Assembly (NCBI GenBank): GCA_964019335.1
Contig: OZ025660.1
Location: forward strand, 682,001 to 746,000
Reading direction: 5' to 3'
Length of the DNA: 64,000 bases
DNA from: Diplonema japonicum
Lineage: Eukaryota > Protista > Euglenozoa: Diplonemea
Below are positions 1-9,352 of this stretch, piece after piece. The translations under genes and the position numbers were made by a program. The notes beneath the pieces are model-generated. The model was not told the origin of the DNA. It did not search any database and saw only the letters and a list, made by a program, of their open reading frames with translations. Each line of letters starts with the position of its first letter. The stretch's first letter is position 1.

Positions 1-1750
1 CCGATCTCACGGGCCACGTTGTTGATGATGTTGGTGTACCTCGGGTGGTTCCCGTCGGTGCCATCGAAGCCCTCAAGCGGGTTGGCGGCCGTCTCGTTGG
101 TGTACCCCCAGGCGGCCATGCTGTTCCCACCAATCCATGCGAACTCGTTGCGGCTGACTGTGGCATTGCGGTTGTACCCACTCACGAACTGTTGTGTTGT
201 TGTTTGAATGTCACATTGCATACCACGCCGTTCCCGTCAATGCGGGTGATGAAGTTGCTGTCAACGGTGCACTGCTCGGTGCCCTCCAAAAAGACCGCCC
301 CCATCCTTTCCAGACCCCAGTCACCACCAGAGGGAACGCCGTGAGGGTCCATGTAAGTGTAGCGGGTGGCGGTCATCTTCAGCCCACGAATGGTGACACC
401 GACAATGGGGTTCCAGCGGGTCTCCGCAGTGAGGTTGAAGAGAGTCTTGATCTGGGGGATGACGTACTCCCCGTCGGCAGGTGGGGCACCAGTCGCATTG
501 TGGTAGAAGTACATCTTCTTCGCTGCCCTGTCGTAGAAGAACTCGTTCGGGTAGTCGAACTCCTCGAACACGTTCTCAATGAACCAGTCACCACCTACGT
601 TGCTCCCCCTGGAGCCCTGGAATCCACCAAGCCCGAATGTGATGTTGTTGGTGGTGGTGTCGTAAGCACCTGCCTCGAACATCCAGTTTGCCCACCGTGC
701 GGGCCTGAACGCGTTCACAATGGCACCCTCCATCGTCTTGTAGGGCATGTGAAGCCCAGAGTCAGGCCCGCCGTTGTGAGGAGCAATTACAGACGCATTT
801 GGAGTCACGCCACGTGGCAAGCGGAAGGGGAAGGCACCACCACCAGAGGTGTTCTGGGAGCACCAGTAAGAGACAGGAGGTGTGTAGATATCGCAAGGGC
901 CCCCAATGCCCACCATGTACTCCTTGAAGCCGAAAGTGGTGAAGTTCCTCATCTGCGAAGGGTTCGTGTTGGTGACGTACTTCTGTGTTCCCTGCTTGGA
1001 GAAGTCAGGGGGGGTCCAGATGCCGGCAGAGCTGGGAATCATCTGCACACCTTGAGGGTTGCCCGCCTCCTCCTGCCTCTCAGGGAGTTCGACGTTCCCG
1101 TTGGGGTAGCGTGCCCTCGTGGCACGGACCCCGTTCATCTGGAAGCCCCACGCGTAGTCGATGCCTGCCTGCGACATGTCTGCGGTGTACATGTTGTTCC
1201 CGTTCGCGACATTGTACGGCTGCCAGTCAAGACCCACCTTCTTCCCCCCGCTCACCGTCACCGCCTCCCCGTTGTAGTTCTGGATCGTGAGGTCCTTGTT
1301 CTCAGCCGTCACCTGAACCGCCTCAGTGAGGTAGCATGTCCCCGCCCGCAGGTTCACCGTTGTCTGCTGCCCCTTCCCTTTCGTCACCGCTGCCTGGATA
1401 GTCTTCAGGGGTGCCGTGATCGACCCGGAGTTCCCGTCGCTCCCCGTCGCGCAGTCCACGAACAACACTGCCGCGTCACCGGGCCTCGATGTGGGGAACG
1501 GGCCCCTCTTCGCCTCCTGGTCGGCGGGGGTGAAGCTCGGGATTCCACCAGTGTAGTTCTGGCAGTCCTTGTTCAGACCCAGTGCGTAGTACAGGTTCTC
1601 GAACTTCCCAAGTCGGGGGACGGTCTTCTGCCCGTACTCCCATGCGAGCTTCCTCATCTTACAGTTGAATGACTCGGGGCCATTGCTCCATACAGCTGTC
1701 GAGGTCTGCGCTGCCCCGAGCAGCAGCATCGCCATCGCGAGTGTTTTCAT
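1..1750 (-). CDS. Secreted right-handed beta-helix (pectin lyase-like, GH141-like) protein; 3' end lies outside the window; intron 189-223
   Basis: Signal peptide MKTLAMAMLLLGAA and FVDCATGSDGNSGSITAPLKTIQAA motif. Removing the 35-nt GTATGC...ACAACAG intron restores the frame (IDGNGV|FVSGYNRNATVSRNEFAWIG) to the window edge. Confidence 0.8.
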
Positions 1751-1863
1751 TTTAGTTTAGAAGTTCTGTGGTTGCGTGATGATGTGGTTAGGCATTGCCA
1801 TCACACTCGGAAGAAACTGGCCCGCTTATAAGCTTGCTGAAAGCTTCCTTCTTTCTTCACTTC

Positions 1864-1929
1864 TCCTCTTGCATCAGGACTGGAGGATGGTATCTTTACT
1901 GCGAAAGGCCTTCCGTGGCACCCGTGCTG
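1864..1929 (-). ncRNA. Single-hairpin H/ACA-like (AGA-box) snoRNA, family B copy 1; predicted target is LSU U equivalent to yeast 25S U2826
   Basis: Hairpin ends in AGA+3 nt. Pocket UGCCAC / (U)CCAGU is complementary to ACUGG(C)-U-U-GUGGCA, 15 nt from AGA. Confidence 0.8.
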
Positions 1930-1984
1930 TGTTCCTCCCTGGGTTGCTGAAAAAGAAAGCCAGACAGCACACCGGCAAGTTTTG

Positions 1985-2055
1985 AGATCTTGTACCAGAT
2001 AAAGGGAACCTGTGCAAGGTATGTAAGAGACCTCACAGGAGGGTTGCTGGTACTC
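1985..2055 (-). ncRNA. AGA-box snoRNA, family D copy 1
   Basis: Lower stem GUACCAG/CUGGUAC, upper stem CCUGUG..AGGU/ACCU..CACAGG, AGA+3. Pocket CAACCC / UUCCCUUU fits an LSU-like AAAGGGAA-U-N-GGGUU. Confidence 0.78.
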
Positions 2056-2095
2056 CTTTTGGGGTTCGATTGGTTTCCTATTCTCGTCCATTTCC

Positions 2096-2157
2096 TTCTC
2101 TCGCACCAGTATTATCCCGCAACCCTTACCACAAAGGGCACTGGTCCTTGATGGCTC
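2096..2157 (-). ncRNA. AGA-box snoRNA, family C copy 1 (lower stem partly eroded)
   Basis: Near-identical to 4874-4937; ends GCG-AGA+3. Confidence 0.65.
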
Positions 2158-2182
2158 TTCTTCCTTGTTGTTTTCTGTCCAA

Positions 2183-2249
2183 GGGTCTCACGCTGATAAA
2201 GCTCCCATTCCAAGCATGAGGTGCCCAACGGGTGGTATGTACAGCGTTG
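2183..2249 (-). ncRNA. AGA-box snoRNA, family E (target not identified)
   Basis: Lower stem ACGCUG/CAGCGU, pocket UACAUACCA / AGCUUUAU, upper stem CCCGUU-GGGCA/UGCUU-AAUGGG; 15 nt to AGA+3. Confidence 0.78.
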
Positions 2250-2272
2250 CTGTTTCTTCTTCTTCTATCCCA

Positions 2273-2338
2273 ATCTCTCGCATCGCTTCACAACCAGCAC
2301 CCTATTCAGAGAGGGAACAGGCTGTTACAAGCTTGCTG
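2273..2338 (-). ncRNA. AGA-box snoRNA, family A variant
   Basis: Paralogue of 4532-4597 with the same GCAAGCUU..AAGC..UGC-G-AGA frame but a changed 5' pocket strand. Confidence 0.7.
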
Positions 2339-2375
2339 CAAGTTTTCAAAAAAAAAGAAAAAAAGCTTGTGCCGC

Positions 2376-2445
2376 TTATCTCGCAGGTTTTTGACCCTCA
2401 CTTGAACCAGCAACATGGGTTCGCAAGGAACACGAAACACTGCTG
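2376..2445 (-). ncRNA. AGA-box snoRNA, family F; predicted guide for SSU U equivalent to yeast 18S U1191 (snR35-type site)
   Basis: Pocket CGUGUU / GUCAA is perfectly complementary to conserved UUGAC-U-C-AACACG; 14 nt to AGA; stems GCAG..GUUU/AAAC-CUGC and GAACC/GGUUC. Confidence 0.88.
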
Positions 2446-2469
2446 CGCTCGTGTGTTGTGTGTGCCCAC

Positions 2470-2538
2470 ATGTCTCGCACCCCTCCAACGCCTCTTTCAT
2501 GTATGAAGAACGCGAAGTGGTGTTAATTAAGGGTGCTC
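2470..2538 (-). ncRNA. AGA-box snoRNA, family G
   Basis: Lower stem GCACCC/GGGUGC, upper stem CGC..UCUUCAU/AUGAA.AGA.GCG, then G-AGA+3. Confidence 0.72.
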
Positions 2539-2617
2539 TCCTTTCCTTCTACTTCCCCTCCAGCCCCCTTCTTTTTTACCCCCGCAACGTGCTTCTTCCC
2601 TCCCTTTCTTCATGGAA

Positions 2618-2712
2618 GACATCAGAAGAGGTGTAGTTCGTTTATAATGTTCCATTTCACGCCCCCCCCAGGGGGAGGTCATCTAACCGCAATATCGTGT
2701 CTCATCATCTGT
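2618..2712 (-). ncRNA. Box C/D snoRNA candidate
   Basis: Perfect C box AUGAUGA (2702-2708) and D box CUGA (2622-2625), spanning 87 nt. D guide CUACACCUCU is complementary to AGAGGUGUAG, a conserved LSU segment. Confidence 0.65.
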
Positions 2713-2755
2713 CTGCTGAAGCTGTGCGAACAAACGGAGAGGGTGCCCCTCAAAG

Positions 2756-2812
2756 AAATCTAACTGACAAAGATTCCTGCTAGGCGCACGTGGGCAGGAC
2801 GGTAGATCAAAA
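2756..2812 (-). ncRNA. AGA-box snoRNA candidate, family H
   Basis: Upper stem UCCUGC/GCAGGA, weak lower stem UUGAU/GUCAG, AGA+3 at 13-14 nt. Confidence 0.5.
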
Positions 2813-3185
2813 GACGAATGGAATTGCCTAGAAGGTACGAGCTAATGTAGTCCCCACAGCATGCATCTTTAAAAGAATTAGTAGAAACTCACAAAAAAAT
2901 AAAGAATAACATAAACTCAAAGTGGGAAGTAGTAGCACAACCCAGGAAAAAGAAAAAGAACAGGTTCCAAGGTGGGAATGCCCCACCGAGGATATAAAAA
3001 GAACAAACCGAGAGGGAGGAAGTGTGTGGAGTGTAACCGGACATGTCGTGTCGGGCTACGAATAATAGAAATAGAAGGGACACTCGCCTCATAAGTGGGC
3101 GAAAAACATTTATTTTTTTCTTATAAAACAGATTGCTTGAACAAAAGACACGATGCGCATCACACAATGTAATGTAGTACCAGCT

Positions 3186-4247
3186 TCAGCCAATCTTGTA
3201 GCCCAGGTGGTTTCCGCCGGTGAGGCACTGAGCGTACCACCTGCTCTGCTTGTAGCAGGAGGCCCCGCCGGAGCAGCAGGTGGGGGCGTGAAGGCAGCCC
3301 CCCCACTCCGGGATCGCCGTGCGGCAACCAGAGGAAGGAGGGGGAACAGGAACGGGGACAGGTGGAACAGGAACAGGAGGAGTGGGAGGAGTGGGGACAG
3401 GTGGTGTGTTCCCCGCTGCAGGGATGCACTGGGAATACCATTGGCTCTGCCTGTCGCACACCGCCCCTTGCGTGCAGCAGTGCATCGCGCTCGTGCAAGC
3501 CCCCCACATGGGAATCGTCCTCGAGCACCCTGTGGTGGGGGGAACAGGGACAGGGGGAACGGGAACGGGGGGAACAGGAACAGGTGGGACAGGAACAGGA
3601 GGAGTGGGAGGGGTGGGAACAGGGGGAACAGGAACAGGAGGAACAGGGTTCCCACCGCCACCACCACCACCACCACCACCTCCACTGAAGTCCAAGTCAA
3701 CAGCGTTGTAGAAGCTTGCGGCGGTGTCACCGACATCCCAGATGGCGAGGACAACGTGGTAGCCCGACTTGGAGGGGAGGGTGCAGGAGTGGGTCGTCAC
3801 CATCGGGGGCTTCACCATCCCGCCCGCCACGGAGCAGAAGGGAGCATCCTCGAAGCTGCCCCTCCCGAGGGGGGCGTTCTGGTTCCACCCATCCTTCGTG
3901 ATGTAGTACCTCCAGTCCAGGGTCACGTGGTTCGCCGTGAACTGCCAGGTGAAGTCGGTCCTGCCCCCGCTCGCTGCCGTCTTCGCCCACCTGCTCGAAG
4001 ACTGCTCGTTCAGAGGGGCCCAGGTCGCGCTCCCCGCCGCCGCCAGCTGCCCGTCCGGAGGACCGCTCGCTGGGTACCGGTCCGGTCCCTCCACACTCTG
4101 CGGCTCGTACTGCACCCCTCCGCACCCGCTGTTTGTCTTCAGCTTGCACGCGTAGTTCCGAGAAGGCGGGCTCATCACGTAGCCGTGTCCCTCAACCCGC
4201 ACCACTGCTGCCGCTGCCAGCAGCATCGGAAGTCCCAAACGCTTCAT
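3186..4247 (-). CDS. Secreted AA10 lytic polysaccharide monooxygenase with Gly/Pro-Val linkers and two CBM1-like modules (copy 1)
   Basis: Signal peptide then His1 (HGYV); QYEPQSVEG, TANH, WRYYITK, AIWDVGDT..FYNAVD motifs; two WGxC...QWYSQC-type modules. Confidence 0.93.
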   Translation of the reverse strand: MKRLGLPMLLAAAAVVRVEGHGYVMSPPSRNYACKLKTNSGCGGVQYEPQSVEGPDRYPASGPPDGQLAAAGSATWAPLNEQSSSRWAKTAASGGRTDFTWQFTANHVTLDWRYYITKDGWNQNAPLGRGSFEDAPFCSVAGGMVKPPMVTTHSCTLPSKSGYHVVLAIWDVGDTAASFYNAVDLDFSGGGGGGGGGGGNPVPPVPVPPVPTPPTPPVPVPPVPVPPVPVPPVPVPPTTGCSRTIPMWGACTSAMHCCTQGAVCDRQSQWYSQCIPAAGNTPPVPTPPTPPVPVPPVPVPVPPPSSGCRTAIPEWGGCLHAPTCCSGGASCYKQSRWYAQCLTGGNHLGYKIG

Positions 4248-4351
4248 TTCTGTTTTTTGTCTTTTCTTTTTTGTTGTGTGGAAACTGTGGAGTGAAATAG
4301 AAACAGTGATTAAACAGTACAGTGAACCCCCTCTTCCACTAGTGGAATGAA

Positions 4352-4452
4352 TGGATCAGTTTCCTTCTGTCATTTATGTGTTAAAGGGGAATCAGGAGAC
4401 TGTGTCTTCATAGAATGGACCAATGTTCTTTAACTACGGTGTCATCATGTAT
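4352..4452 (-). ncRNA. Box C/D snoRNA candidate
   Basis: AUGAUGA at 4442-4448, internal AUGAAGA, CUGA at 4392-4395 and 4356-4359; lies within the snoRNA array. Target not recognised. Confidence 0.45.
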
Positions 4453-4531
4453 TTCCTCCCATCCACCTTCCCTCCCTCGCCTTCTGTTTCTGCGCGCTCC
4501 ACAGGCATGCAGGGATCCCCTGCTGCTTGGG

Positions 4532-4597
4532 GTCTCTCGCATTGCTTCACAACCATCACCCTATTAAGAGGGAACTGGCTCGCTTATAAGCTTGCTG
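4532..4597 (-). ncRNA. AGA-box snoRNA, family A copy
   Basis: GCAAGCUU...CCA-GUU-CCCU/AGGG-UGA-UGG...AAGCAAUGC-G-AGA; hairpin identical to 4961-5026. Confidence 0.72.
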
Positions 4598-4627
4598 AAA
4601 GCTTTTTTCCCTCCATTCCCATCACTC

Positions 4628-4693
4628 TCCTCTTGCATCAGGACTGGAGGATGGTATCTTTACTGCGAAAGGCCTTCCGTGGCACCCGTGCTG
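4628..4693 (-). ncRNA. AGA-box snoRNA, family B copy 2 (U2826-equivalent guide)
   Basis: Identical hairpin to 1864-1929. Confidence 0.8.
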
Positions 4694-4745
4694 TGTTCCT
4701 CCCTGGGTTGCTGAAAAAGAAAGCCAACCACACCGACAAATTTGG

Positions 4746-4816
4746 AGATCTTGCACCAGATAAAGGGAACCTGTGCAAGGTAGGTAAAAGACCTCACAGG
4801 AGGGTTGCCGGTACTC
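4746..4816 (-). ncRNA. AGA-box snoRNA, family D copy 2
   Basis: Differs from copy 1 only by two A-U to G-U stem changes (GUACCGG/CUGGUGC) and apical-loop changes. Confidence 0.8.
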
Positions 4817-4873
4817 CTTTTTTTTTTTTTTTTTTGTAACGTTCGACCTAATTGGTTTCCTGTTCTCTGCCCC

Positions 4874-4937
4874 TTCTCTCGCACCAGTATTATCCCGCAA
4901 CCCTTACCACAAAGGGCACTGGTCCTTGATGGTGCTT
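4874..4937 (-). ncRNA. AGA-box snoRNA, family C copy 2
   Basis: Stem GCACCA/UGGUGC, pocket UCAAGGA / GAUAAU predicting AUUAUC-U-N-UCCUUGA (resembles SSU just upstream of ACGAGGAAU); 15 nt to AGA. Confidence 0.8.
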
Positions 4938-4960
4938 TCATTGGTTACTCTTCCCCGGAA

Positions 4961-5026
4961 CTGTCTCGCATTGCTTCACAACCATCACCCTATTAAGAGG
5001 GAACTGGCTCGCTTATAAGCTTGCTG
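4961..5026 (-). ncRNA. AGA-box snoRNA, family A copy
   Basis: Hairpin identical to 4532-4597. Confidence 0.72.
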
Positions 5027-5056
5027 AAAGCTTTTTTCCCTCCATTCCCATCACTC

Positions 5057-5122
5057 TCCTCTTGCATCAGGACTGGAGGATGGTATCTTTACTGCGAAAG
5101 GCCTTCCGTGGCACCCGTGCTG
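5057..5122 (-). ncRNA. AGA-box snoRNA, family B copy 3
   Basis: Identical hairpin to 1864-1929 and 4628-4693. Confidence 0.8.
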
Positions 5123-5485
5123 TGTTCCTCGAGCTTTCACTTCACGTGCTCTTTTCTTCTTCTTTGTGTCCTCATCTCCCGCCCACTTTCACCCTGCAGC
5201 ACGGAGGGCGGTGGAATTTTCTTTTTTTTAAAAGCATACAAGCAAAGCCTGTTCCATTCCTCAGGCGAAAAGACAAGGCGAGTGCGCACAACGGATACAA
5301 AACTCCTTTCTCAAGAAACAAATGGTTTCTGTTCAATCACCAATAAAAAAAAAAGAATATTTAGAAGAAGAAAAATAAAAAGATTTTAAAAAAAAAAATA
5401 AAAGAAGAACGATTTTGCTAGATTCTTTTTCCTATCCCCCTTTTTTTGTTTATTTGTTAATTATAGAAAAGCCTGTAAAGGCTCA

Positions 5486-6568
5486 TCACGACACCACACA
5501 ACAAGTCTGCTTGGGGAGCACCGGCTCTTCATGACGATGAAGGCTGGTAGACATGGGACTGGGGCACCCAATATGGTCAGAAACGCCCCAGCTAATCACT
5601 TTCTTGTCAGTTGACGCAGAAAAAAGAGTGCAACCGTGAAGCAACAGCGAGGTTACGTTTCGCTCGTGGAGGACGAGAGTCTCGGGTTGGGGTTTGGGAT
5701 CCTTTGTGTTCCATATTTTGATCTCACCGTCCTTGCTAGAGCTGAAAATGGTGCCTACAATGTTGGCAGTGTTGCTTGCTTCCTGCAGGTGCAATTTTTA
5801 TTCCCCCCCCCAAAAAAAAATACCGTGAGCTGCCAGAAGAGAACACTCCTAACTGCCTTGCAATGCCCGGAGAATTTTCTAACAACCTCACCAGTGTACG
5901 TAGCGAGTACAATGAGTCCGTTTTCACACCCAATGACCAGTAATGTATCCGTGACGGAGAAGGTAGATATTGACCAAGTCAGAGATTGTGTGATCACTGT
6001 GGGAATGTGATCGGCTTGCCAGCGAACGATAGTGCTGCCTGAGGCTGACCAAAGCGAGCCAGATCGATACCGTATTCCAGTAACAGGGGAAGTGTGTATA
6101 TTTTTCAGACTGGGCTCTCGGCGAAAATTTTTGTCGCTTGACGAAGAAAAGAGATGGATAGCGGTTGATTCTGTGGTATAGTAGACAACCCCCGTGCCTG
6201 GTGCCATGCCAGTCACGGGTCCTTGAAGGTCCGCGATGGTCTGCAGCAGTGGGAACGGGTATGTGTCACCGCGTATGTTGATTGTCTTGTCGTCGCCGCC
6301 CGTCCAGAGGTACCCGTTATGGCACATTAAGCACATGACTCCGCCTTGGTGGCCTTTGATGACCTCCACCAAGCCTTTGTTGAGGTCGTTGATGCCGATT
6401 TCGCCGTCGCTGCCCCCTGCTGCGAGTAGCATACCATCGCATAGCTCTAAAGACATAACCCTCGTTCGTTGCTTGAACGTCTGCAGCGGTGTCCTCCCGA
6501 GAAGCTGTTTTTTTTTTCTCTTTTTTTTTCCCTCCTTTTTTTAAAAAAAAATAATAATGGTATACCAT
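5486..6568 (-). CDS. WD40-repeat protein; exons 6566-6568 (ATG only), 5824-6504, 5486-5782
   Basis: GH..V..L...LWTGGDDKTI, SGHCKAVRSV and SSSKDGEIKIWN motifs. Introns 6505-6565 and 5783-5823 (GT-AG) join the frames. Confidence 0.85.
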
Positions 6569-7058
6569 TTTTTTTAAAACTCTTTTTCGGGTTTTTTTAC
6601 CAGTTGTACATTTTTACCCCCTCTTTTTTATTTCCTTTTGTTTTTTTTTTTTTGAGCATTGAAGGGGGGGGGGGGGGGGGGGTGGCAGTATAAAAAAAAT
6701 AGAAAAAAAAGTTGGGCTGGGACTAAAAAAAAAAAAAGAAAAGGAAAAAAAAATGAAATAAAATAAAAAGTTGACGGAAAAGGAAAATAAAACCCGGTAC
6801 AAGAAGAAAAAAAAAAAGCATCAAAAAAGGTAAATAAAATAGTCCATGGGTACTTCATTTTGTTGTGAAGTGGGGCTTGTGCGCTGTGTGGATGGCCATT
6901 CTATTGGAACAAGAACTGGCACATGGACCATCCTTTTTGAGAATTCGAAAATGAGAAAATGAAGGAGGGGGAAAAGAAGAACGGAAAAAGAAAAGAAATG
7001 GAAAAGATAAAAGTTACTTGGCGATCACGCCATCGGTCAACATCCAGCATGTGCATGT

Positions 7059-7433
7059 CTATTTAAGGGTCTGCAGGTAGGAGATGAGGTCAGCCCTGTC
7101 CTTCTCCTTCTTGAGACCGGCGAAGGCCATCTTGTTACCGGGCATGAACTTCTTGGGGTTTGTGATGTACTCGTCAAGGACCTCCTCAGACCAGGTAACA
7201 CCTGACTCGGAGTTGGCCTTCGAGTAGGCGAACCCAGGGACTGTGCCTGAGGTACGGCCCACGATCCCGAACAGGTTGGGGCCCACACCGTTGGAACCGC
7301 CCTGGGATTTTTTTTTTTTTTTTCCACCCCCACTTTTTTTTTCTTAAAATACCTCAGCGAAAGTGTGGCACTGGCCAGCACGGGTCTGGGCGAGCTTTCC
7401 ACCCTTGGCAACGTTACCGTCTTTGTACGACAT
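7059..7433 (-). CDS. CYC: Mitochondrial cytochrome c, euglenozoan AxxCH type (copy 1); intron 7302-7352
   Basis: [27 protein letters not shown]|[12 protein letters not shown]...[18 protein letters not shown]. Confidence 0.96.
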
Positions 7434-8173
7434 TTTTTTTTTTAGATGATAAAAATTAATTCACTGTTTTGACTTCTTATCCCTCTTGGTTCTGACCCTC
7501 GTCCTCACGCCTTGGAAGATGCTTTTCTATGTGAGCCTACCGTCTTCACAGAAAGGACCTATGTTCCTCAACTATGCCACGCAAGGGCGCAAGGGTAACA
7601 GAGACAAGAACGGCAGGACGTCAAGCAGGTAGTTGGGAGAAAAGCTCAAACCCGCAAACCCGACAACGATTTTATTTCACTTGCTGTTTTCCTCACACGG
7701 ATCAGCTTTTTTTTGGGGGGGTTTCCTTAAGGTAATACAGGGTAGCTATTTTGCCGTGGCAATTTAAGGGGAAGTAAAGCACTTATTCCCACTTTTAAGG
7801 GCCGGGACGGGCCTCAGATGGCTAAAAATAGTCAAAATACCCCCATCCCAAAAAAGGTTTTTCAAGTTTCGTGTTAAATAATAAGTGAAGAAATGAAGAG
7901 TGAAAAAAAGGGGGGGGGGGGAGGTGTGGTCTCTTCTCAGCAGCAGCAGCAGCAAGAAAAGACTCAAAAGAAACAAAATTGACTATGATTGGAAGCGAAT
8001 CTAGCAACAGCCCATCTCCTCAGCAGCAGCAGCAGTGAGATACAGACCCAAAAGGGGAAAAAAAAAAAAAAAGAAAAAAAAAATGCGAATTGAGAATCGA
8101 ACGGCACAGCAGCACGCACGGCCTAGTCGGGTGTAACGAAAAAGAAAAAAGGAAACAGATTGAGCCATAAGGC

Positions 8174-8551
8174 TTATTTAAGGGTCTGCAGGTAGGAGAT
8201 GAGGTCAGCCCTGTCCTTCTCCTTCTTGAGACCGGCGAAGGCCATCTTGTTACCGGGCATGAACTTCTTGGGGTTTGTGATGTACTCGTCAAGGACCTCC
8301 TCAGACCAGGTAACACCTGACTCGGAGTTGGCCTTCGAGTAGGCGAACCCAGGGACTGTGCCTGAGGTACGGCCCACGATCCCGAACAGGTTGGGGCCCA
8401 CACCGTTGGAACCGCCCTGGGATTTTTTTTTTTTTTTTTTTCCACCCCCACTTTTTTTTTCTTAAAATACCTCAGCGAAAGTGTGGCACTGGCCAGCACG
8501 GGTCTGGGCGAGCTTTCCACCCTTGGCAACGTTACCGTCTTTGTACGACAT
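8174..8551 (-). CDS. CYC: Mitochondrial cytochrome c (copy 2); intron 8417-8470
   Basis: Same protein as copy 1; intron differs only in A-run length. Confidence 0.96.
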
Positions 8552-9319
8552 TTTCCCCCCTCTCTCTTCTTTTTTTTTTGTTGATAAATAAGTGTGCTGT
8601 TGAGAAGGAATGCGAAAAGTGGGTTGCAAAAGGGAAGGACGGGAAAAAAACAGGGAAAAAAAAAAGCCAAACTGGTGTATGATCCATCTGGTGTTTAATT
8701 AGGTCAATATTAGCCTCTGGGCACACCCGGGTTCCCCGAGCCAAGATGGTGTTTAATATGTCAACATCGGGAAAATGAGAAGACAGGGAGGAGTAGGAAA
8801 GCTCAGAGTGAGTTCTTGTCATCTCTTGCGATAACGGATTCAGCATCCAAGACGCCTCCCAAAATAACCACGGGTGCATGATTTGTTGGTGATGCCCTAC
8901 GTGGCTGCTTGGCGTCGGTCTGGAGAGATTCCTGGGAGTGCAAGTGCAAGAGTGAATGCGATATTGTAACTCGTTATTTTAACCGGCAAATACTAAATTT
9001 TGGGGATTTGACTCAAGTGTTGATACAAGGTGTATGCTGCGGTATAAGAAAAAAAAAAATAAATAGGGGTAAAATATAGAAAAAGGAATAGCAATAGGAG
9101 GAAAGGGTAAGAAGGGGGAAAAGGGATGGAAAAAGAGAAGGAAAAAAAAAAAAAAAGATAGCACCCAATAAAAAAAAATAAAAAAAAAACCATAACCAAT
9201 AGCAGTGAGGGGAGAAGGGAAACCTAGGGGGAAGAAAAAGAAAAAAAAGGCACATTAATAGGAAATGCACCGCCAGCAGGAGGGAGTTTGAGGAAGAGAG
9301 GCAGGCAGAAGGTAGAGTA

Positions 9320-9352
<33 letters not shown>

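Noticed and set aside
1801-5130. Repeats read as a CRISPR array, SINE or short ORFs
   Set aside because: No repeat-spacer periodicity or TSDs; the units fold as AGA-box hairpins with rRNA complementarity.
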